Source: a virus (taxonomy: Duplodnaviria; Caudoviricetes). Taken from it: a stretch of 53,813 nucleotides of DNA. The notes below the pieces were generated by a model. That model saw nothing but the letters and a program-made list of their open reading frames with translations, was not told the DNA's origin and did not search any database. Where the stretch lies: positions 1 through 53,813 of IMG/VR virus record IMGVR_UViG_3300037478_000427. One strand, written 5' to 3'. A program made the position numbers and the translations under genes. The first letter of the stretch is position 1, and each line of letters starts with the position of its first letter. Shown here one piece after another: positions 43,301 to 52,300 of this stretch.

Positions 43301-46300
43301 CCTGGCGCACGACCTGCGCTCGGGTGACACGAGGGCGCGCGACCACATGCTCACCGCGCTGGCGCGTGAGGAGGGCTTCTGGAAGCGGGCACGGGAGTTC
43401 AACTCGAACGAGCCGATCGCCGCGGACGGGCAGGTGCAGCTCGAACTCCAGAGGTTCCAGCGCTACCAGGCGGTGCAGAAGGCGACGGACAACCCGGTCG
43501 CGAACACTGATGCCATCGCGCCGACGGTGCAGAACTCCCGGGCGTGGGCGATCAAGCAGGTTCGTGCGGCCACGGAGGGGCAGGATCTGGGGCTCCGGGC
43601 GGAAGGGCACAGCCTCTTCCGGATGTTCCAGAAGCTGCACTACTCGGTCTTCAACGCCCAGGTGATCGGCAGTGATCCGGCGAACCTGGCGGCCGCCACT
43701 GCTGATCTGACGACGGCGTACGAGGCCCTGTCCCAGGGCGCCACGCAGGAGCAGGGTACGCAGGCGACAGACCGGGACAACATCGCGGCGAAGGTGCTCG
43801 GCTACCTTCAGGCGCTCGCGGCAGGCTCCGATGCCCCCACCAGGGATCTGGTGATGATCGGGTCGATCTCGGTCGGCAATGCGGAGTTCGGCGAGAGCGG
43901 CGACTTCCGGATCAACAACGAGCCGATCTCGATGCTCCAGCTTCTGCTGCGGCAGGCGATCGGTGAGGACCGCCGGGACAAGGCCGCGGTCATCACGCCT
44001 GAGCTGGAGAGCAAGTGGGCCAGGCTGGAGCAGCTCACCCGTCCGGGTAACTCGGGCGAGGCGATGGTGGAGATGCTGGGCGGTCGGACGCTCTGGTCTC
44101 TGCTGGGTGAGCAGGCTGCGGCACTGGGTCCGCAGCTCACGCTGGAGCAGTTCGTGCGGGTGTACGTCGGCCAGAGCAAGAACGCCCGGCGCACCGCGTC
44201 GCAGCGGATGAAGCTGGAGCCGGCGTACCTCGGGCGCAAGGAGCGCAAGGATGCGCCGTACGACTGGCGCGAGATCACCGACCCGGCGTCCGGGCTGACG
44301 GCGTACCGCACCCTGGTGGACGCGGTGCTGGAGACCGGCAACAACCGGGTGTACCTGCGGGACGACTTCTCGGTCGGCGGCAGCTACGGGCAGCGGAGCG
44401 ACCGGTACCAGGGTGCGCTCGTCGAGGCGTTCAGCAACATCGGACAGGCGTTCAAGCAGCGCGGAAGCGGCAGGAACGCTGCTGAGGTCCGAGCGCTGCT
44501 GGACGCCTACCCGGACTTCGCGCGCGACGTGATGAATCTGATCCCGGACGGCGACGTGAACGCCGTGTTCGAGTACCGGGACGGCAAGCTGTACATCAGC
44601 AACTGGGTGTACGAGATGCTGGCGATGGAGCCGGCGCAGGCTGCCACGCACTACTGGCGGAATCTGATCCTGTCGCAGTGGCACGCGAAGGGTGCGCGGC
44701 ACGACGACGAGGACGGCGACAAGGCGCGCACGTACAACCGGCTGGACAACCGGTGGCACCAGCTCATGTTCCGGCTCGCCAACCAGGGTGACGGCGGGTA
44801 CGCACTGGCGGACTTCACTCGCCGGATGCAGCAGGCGACCGACCTGAGCGAGTTCACCAAGTACGTGAACCAGTCGATTCGCTCCACGACGGAGGCGCCG
44901 TTCACGGCCTGGATGGCTGACACGGCGGACTACGATCCGGACAAGGCGAGTGGTGGCTGGTCGGGTGGTGGCGGTGCCGCGACCGTGCGAGAGGCAATCC
45001 TGGCGCTGCGTGATCGCAGCTCACGGCTGACGCAGGAGGTCGCCGAGGAGCAGATCGCAGCACAGGCGGACGACGTGCTGATGTCCAGCCTTCTGACAGC
45101 AGACCAGGCTGGAGATGAGGCGGCCAACGGTGACAAGACGCTGCTGGCGAACCTCGATCGCGCGATCGAGCTCGCTGGGCAGCAGCTCACCGCGATGGGT
45201 CCGGCGGCGATGCGGTACCAGATCGTCGGCAGCCAGCGCACGTTCTACCCGCAGGCGACCGACAAGGGCCGGGCGCCGGACGTGTACCAGGTGCACGGCT
45301 CGTTCCAGGCGCTCGCGGACACGATCGGCTATGCGACGCAGTATGAGCGGCTGCGGGACATGCTGATCTCGGTGGACGCCGAAGACCTCGGGGCGAACCC
45401 GCAGGTGCTCGCGCGTGACGACCTCGACGTGTCCGACGGCGACGGGTCGACGTTCTCCTGGGAGGGCGTGGACCGGTCTCGCATCCTCCAGCTCTGGGCG
45501 GACGAGCCGGCCAGCCGTCCGCTGATCCGGGCGATGCTGTTCCCGAGCGTGTACGAGCGCACGGCCAACGGCCGCCTGTCCCAGCAGTTCCTCACCGGCA
45601 AGTCGATGAAGGAGCTGCTGGAGCGCAACCTGTACCCGCGGATGATCACGGACTCCTCGGCCGAGTCGAAGTTCACGTACCTGTCGATGCTCGAGTCCCA
45701 GGCGAAGCGGGACGAGGCGCAGTTCGTCGTGCAGCGTGCGGTGAACGACATCCTGTTCGCGCATTCAGCTTCTGCAACTACTCCTCTGTCGACGAGCGAG
45801 CAGGAGCAGCGCACCGACGAGATGATGCTGACGGTCGCGGACATCATGCGGCAGGTCGGCGATCTGGTCGCGACGTCGGGTGAGGGCGCCAAGCCGCTGC
45901 TCGACGGTATGCGGGAGCGGCTGACGCAGATGCTGGAGCAGCGTCGCGGTGGCGCTGCGCTCGGGCTGACCGGCACTGACGCGGAGTACGCGCACACGAT
46001 GATCGAGGCCGCGGTCGATGACCGGCTCGCCGAGCTTCAGGAGCGGCAGACCGCTGCGCTGACCACCGGTGACCTCGATCGGGCTGAGTCGATCGGGCGA
46101 CTGATCCAGCAGCTTCGCCCGCGGATGCAGGCGGCGCTGGATTCGAGGGCGTTCAAGCAGTACCGCGAGAACCTCGCGATCGACTGGAACGACCCGACGC
46201 AGGCCGAGATGAAGAAGGCGGAGATCCGGGACGCGGTCACGGCACCGGGACGGGGCACCACGCTCAAGACGAAGGCGCCCTGGGCGTCCGACGCCGTCGA

Positions 46301-49300
46301 CCGGGTGCTGGCGTACGACCTTCAGGACAACAACGACTCGAACCCGATCCTCTTCGTGAACGAGCAGGACGACCGTGAAGGCTGGGACTCCCTGGTGGAC
46401 GCGCTCACGGCCGCCTACTTCGAGGACGCCACTTCGATCCAGGCCGAGGGCGTGGCGGTGCCGCAGCTCAGATGGGGCAAGGACTACATCCGGCGCTACT
46501 GGGACCCGACCTACAGCTACCTGCTGGACCACATGCTCGACGTCGAGTCTCCGCTCGTGCAGGCTGCCGCTCGCACGCACCTGCTGGCGTTCGACTCGAA
46601 CACCAGCATGGCTGACGCGGCGGCGCTGGAGCGGCGCATCGCGGCCAGCGTGCTCGACGAGTTCCGGCTGGCGCAGTGGAGTGTGGACATCCCGCGCGTC
46701 AGTGTCGAGGCGAACCAGCGCATGGACGCCAGTGCGGCCGCGGATGCCGTGGCGATGGGCGGGATCAGCCCGCGTCGTCAGTTCGTCACGAACGTGGCCA
46801 CCGAGCGGCAGTACACCCAGCCGCTGCCGGATTCCGTCTCGACGGCGAGCATTCCGCTGGTGCGGCTGCTCACGGGGTCCGGTGAGTTCCCGACGACGCT
46901 GCGTGTGCCAGGTGCGCAGGATCAGGACGTCTCCACGCCGGTGATGCTGATGAACGGGCGGTTCGCCCGGAGCGTCACGGTCGACATCGACGGCCAGCAG
47001 TACCCGATCCCGATGGACCGGGTCGGGCATCAGCACTTCGAGAACGCCTCGATCGTGCAGTCGGGCCTGCGTGCCATCACGGTGCGCCGGCTCCAGCGTG
47101 CCGTCGAGGCGATGCCGGAACTGCGGGGCGCCGACCGGGATCGCGTGGTCGTACACGTGGAGTACCTGCACCCGGACAGTCAGCCCGCGACGCCCGAGCA
47201 CTACAACAGCATCTTCTACGGCGGCGTCACCGGCGAGCTCGAATCGGACAGCCAGCGCTCGGTGAACGCGAGCCTGTGGTTCGGCGCCGGCGGGCAGTCG
47301 CCGGACGTGCAGGCGTCGGCTCTCGGCGCCAACAAGAAGGGGAAGCTCGCCTACGTCCTGAAGGCGAACAACGAGCAGTTCACCGGCCGGGCTCGCCGCG
47401 AGGCCGAGCTGGGCTGGGAGACCGACCTGTCGCAGGTGATCCAGCGCAAGACGATGGCGCTGATGACCAACGACCTCGGCAACGGCGTGCTGGAGCAGAC
47501 GAACTTCAACGCGGTGTTCGCCGACGCACGACGGCGCCACTTCGTGCGCGGGTCGATCGACGGCGAGCGCGTGCTGTGGGATGCGGAGAAGGTCATCGCG
47601 TGGCAGCGGGCCAACCCGGGCCGCTCGATCGCCGAGGTCATCGAGGCGCCGGAGCTGTGGAAGCCGGGCGCTCGCACCCTGCGCACGATGCTGGGCGAGA
47701 CCGGTGACCAGGGCGCTGCCGGTCGGATGCTGCTGGAGGTCGACTTCGACCCGCAGGCAATCCCGCGCTACCGGGGCGTCGACAACACGCCGGGGATCCT
47801 GGACAGGGTGCCGGGCTGGAGCAGGACGACCGATCTGTTCGCGACCCCTGCGGCCGGGCGCACGTTCCAGTCACGGCTGCGGATCCGGCCTGCGCTGGAC
47901 GAGCGGACGCGGCTCGCGTACGAGCGTGGCGTGCAGTACCGCGGTGCGCTCAAGGCGCAGGTGCACGAGGCGCGGGACGCGAACTGGGGTGACGGCCGGG
48001 CAGGGAAGCAGGCCGGTGACGCGGTCTCGTCGGCGACGGATGCCGTGCGGTCGGAGACGCCTGGCCTGGACTTCGTGACGGCGGGCTTCGGGTTCATCGG
48101 CCAGCCGGCCAGTTCCGATCAGCTCATCTCCGAGGTGGTGCTGCGCGGCTACCGTGAGTCGATGCAGCTTCGCGGCCGGGAGACCGGCTGGATCTACCGG
48201 GAGCAGGTGTCCGGGCGGCTGCCGTCGGATCCTGCCGCGGGTGTCATCACGCAGACGCAGATCGACCCGAACCAGAAGGGCTTCCCGTCACGGTTCGAGA
48301 ACCAGATCGCGCCGGATGACCTGGTCGCCGTCGAGGTCGACTCGTTCCTCGCGGTGTCTCAGGACCCGGCCAAGCGCCGCAGTGAGGCGATGAAGCGCCT
48401 GGACCTGCTGGCGCAGCGGTGGCCGGTGATCGCGCTGACCGAGGGGGATGGCGGCCGCGACCTGCGGGCCGAGCTCGGCCAGTACCTGACCGACTCCCTG
48501 GGCTACGAGCGTGTGGCGGGCACCAGCCACCTGTACCGCCCGGCAGTGCGTGACAGCCGCTATCAGACGCAGCAGGCTCGTGTGTCGACGCTGGCGGAGA
48601 CGCACACCGAGTCGGCGGAGAACTACTACTCCGTGTTCCTCGCGGGGCCGGAGAGCCCGCTGCCGGTCACCGAGAACGCTGCGCTCCTGCTGAACAGGAG
48701 CTCGGCCCGTCAGGTCGCCGTCGGTGTCGGACTCGTGCCGGTGAATGCCTTCGGCTCCTTCGGGATGCCGCAGGACCCCACTACGATCGAGTCGACCCGG
48801 AGCGCTGTCGAGCGGATGCTCCGGCCCGAGCAGTTCGAGCACCTGCTCAAGCTGTCGGCGATCGAAGACCCGATGTCGCAGGAGGCTGGCGATCTGCGTC
48901 TGGCGCTGGAGCGCTACGTGCAGAACGTGGACGACTCCGGGCGTCCGGCGCGGGGCACGGAGTTCGGTCTGGGTGACATCCTGCCGCTGGTCGATCGTCG
49001 CGGCCGCATCCTGCTGTACCGGCACGGGCACAAGGCTCCGACGCACGTCGAGCAGCAGCTCGCCTCAGAGCTCATCCCGGGTGCCGGCGGGTTCGGCGTC
49101 GCGGTGTACACCGCTGTGCCGCAGCCGACGGCGACGGTGAACACCGGCAAGATCGTGAAGTTCGAGACGGACACCCAGTATGGGCTGACTGTGCAGATGC
49201 GCATTCCGCTCCAGCGTCTGGCCGACAAGCTCCAGGTCGAGGGTAACGCGATGAAGTACGTCGTCGCCTCGGCCGACAAGGTGTACACGCCGCGGCACGA

Positions 49301-52300
49301 CCTGTTCGCCAACGGCGAGCGCATCGACCTGGGCAGCGACCTCGACTCCGCGCTGGCGAAGGAGTCGACTGGTGGCCTGATCAACAACTTCCGGAACGCC
49401 TTCGCGTTCTTCGGCATCGACTTCATGCCGGACCTCGTGCGCTACTTCTACGGCGGCGACTACGCCCAGATGAGCTCCAGTGAGCGCGAGGCCGCCGCGA
49501 CCGCGGTACGTCAGCTTCTGCTGGCGGTGCACGACCAGTCGCAGCCGCTGCCCGTCGAGGTGGTGCAGCAGCTCATGTCGGCTCCGTACGTCGATGCCGA
49601 GGTGACTGAGCTCCTGCGTAGCGTGGCTGGTCCGTCGGTCGGCAACTCGAACTGGCGTGAGCAGATCATGGACCCAACGGCGGATGCTCCGCACCAGCGG
49701 ATCGCCCGCGCCGTCGTGCTGTACATGCTGATGCCGCAGGCTCGGTCGGAGCACGTGCTCAGTGCTGGCGGCATGAACAACTCGGACATCCGGACCCGCG
49801 GGTTCATCAACCACATGCCGCGGATCTTCACCGAGGTGTTCGACAGGACCGGACTGAACGACGAGCTGCGGACAGAGCTGATCCGGCGGCTCAATGCGCA
49901 GATCGACAACGCTCCGGCTCTCTCGGCGCAGTCGGCCGAGCGGTACTGGATCAGCCCAGACTTCGGCTTCCACATGCACGTGGAGCAGGAGCCCGGCCAG
50001 ATCAGCCAGCTCGACGGCTATCTCCAGTTCTCTTCGGTGTTCTCGGCCGGAGACAACCCGGTGCTGAACGGGCAGGCGTACGACCGCAGTGACCGGCAGA
50101 ACTGGAGCCGCCACTCCCTCGACATGGCGTACGAGACTATCGGCGCACGCACGGCGGCAGAGCGTGGGCTCGACAAGACCGCACGCTTCGCCCAGCTCCG
50201 CACCGGCCTGAGCCGCGGCTCGCTGTGGCAGATCCTCAACGACGTCACGCCCGAGCAGGGCGACCCGGTGTTCCTCCGCGAGCGCCCGGGTGAGATCGCA
50301 CGACGCCAGCTCGCGTACGAGGCGGTCGGGGAGTTCCGTTCGGCACTCGATCCGGCGCGCTGGGACGACGGCCAGTACGACCGCTACCTCGCGAAGCGCG
50401 TCGAGACCGCGCAGGCGTACGGGCTGCGGGAGGACCAGGCTGGCACCGTGGACTTCTGGGTGCGACAGATGTCCGGCCGCCCGCTGAACGAGACGGGTGG
50501 TGCCATCGGGTACCGCGAGGCGATGCAGGACCTGGACGAGATCCAGTGGAATGCCAGCCGTGGGCTGCTGCCGGTCGCTGGTGCCGAGGTGCCGCAGATC
50601 CACCTGCACGACCTGACCATGATGTTCAACGCCGGGGGCTCGAGGTTCCGGCTGGTCGAGGGCGCCGGCTCGGCGACGCCGGTCACGAGCTGGGAGGGCT
50701 GGGTGCAGGTCGCGCTCGGTACCGGGCAGGTCGAGCACAAGCTGTTCGACCCGATGTACCTGCTCGCGACGGACGGAATGATGCACTCGTTCCAGGACGC
50801 CATGGATTCTACGGTCAGCCTGCCGGTGAGCCGGGACATGATGGTCGCGGCGAACATGCTGGACGAGCAGACCGACCGCATCATCCAGTCACTCAACCAG
50901 GATGAGGAGCCCGTCCGCGTCCGAACCGACCGCCTCATCCAGTCGATCAATCCGGATGAGGACGTGCTGCTCCAGGACCCCATCGTGCTGGAGGCGGCCC
51001 GCCAGTCGTTCTCCGACCTGATGGGGGCGGAGCGCGTGGGCGCCTCGTTCCAGGGGTACCAGGCGCCGGACTCGGTGCTCGCCAAGCGGCGTGCCGCACG
51101 CCTGCGCTGGCGCAAGGAGCACGACGTGCCGACGCCGATGGACGTCACGCAGCAGAACTTCCGCGAGGGTGGCGTGAAGTTCATCGACGAGTCGACCAAG
51201 ACGAACACGCTGATGCGCGTGATGACCAACCTGCGAGTCGGCAACGCGCTGCTCAACCCGCTCCTGTGGGTGGGTGCTGGCCCTGAGATGTGGCTGCGTG
51301 GCGCGATGGACGAGGCGGGCAACCTGCTCCAGGGCACCTCGACGGCAGCGACCGGTCGGGTCGCCGCGGCCGTCGGGCTGTCCGCGAACTACACCCCGCA
51401 GCAGATCGACATGCTGCACGGTCTGTACAAGTCGCTCGGTCGCCGATCGGACTTCAAGGGCATGGTCTACCGCGAGCTGTCGTTCCAGCAGCCCCGGCTG
51501 AACAACGCCGGACGGATCGAGCGGTGGACTCACAACTACGCCCAGTTCGCCAGCCGGTGGCAGGACCCGACGTACGGGATGCCTGCGAACGCGGTAGCGC
51601 GCCGGTATGTCGAGAAGGCGCTGGACGAGCTCCAGTACACCGACCTGGGTGTCACGCCGGAGCAGCTCTCGGCGCAGCTCAACCAGGACCCGACGTGGCT
51701 CCAGAAGCACGCACCGGACGTGCACCAGGCCGCGGTGAACAGCATCGCGCAGATCCGCTCGCTCCGGCCGACTCCGCTCAGTCTGACGCTGCGCGGGATC
51801 TACGAGCCGATGAGCGAGTCGGCGCACATGCCGGTGAACCTGATGGGGCACCTGGTGAAGCTGCCGCTGCTGTTCTCGGGCTACCTCACGAACACCGTGA
51901 CGACGCTGACCGGTATGCAGGGCTTCAGCAACATGGCCGCCATGTTCCTCGAAGGCCGGAACAAGGGCCTCATCGGTCGGATCCAGGCCGCGATCAAGGG
52001 CGAGGAGTTCAGCCAGGAGAGCAACTACGTGGACATGTCCACGGCGCTCGACGGCGTGAACCTGGCGAAGATGTTCGTGCAGGGTGGCCTGACGCACACC
52101 GGGCTGTTCGCACTGGGTCTGGCAGCACAGGGGCTCGGGCTCACCGGCGAGGACGAGGAGGAGCGTCGTCGCCGGCGCGCGGCGCTCGTGCAGGGCGGGC
52201 AGTTCCTGTACGACCCGCGCCGTCTTCAGAACGACTTCCGCAACCAGGAGGCCGTGTTCCTGGACTGGCTGCCGCCGTTCTTCTCCCAGTGGTTCGATGT

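Noticed and set aside
40281-44759. 1,492-aa minus-strand ORF and other long antisense ORFs (139..2061, 2040..3977, 11970..14639, 45765..47540, 49065..50786, 50889..53009)
   Set aside because: These are shadows of GC3-biased genes on the opposite strand: Arg/Val/His-rich, no motifs, no RBS.
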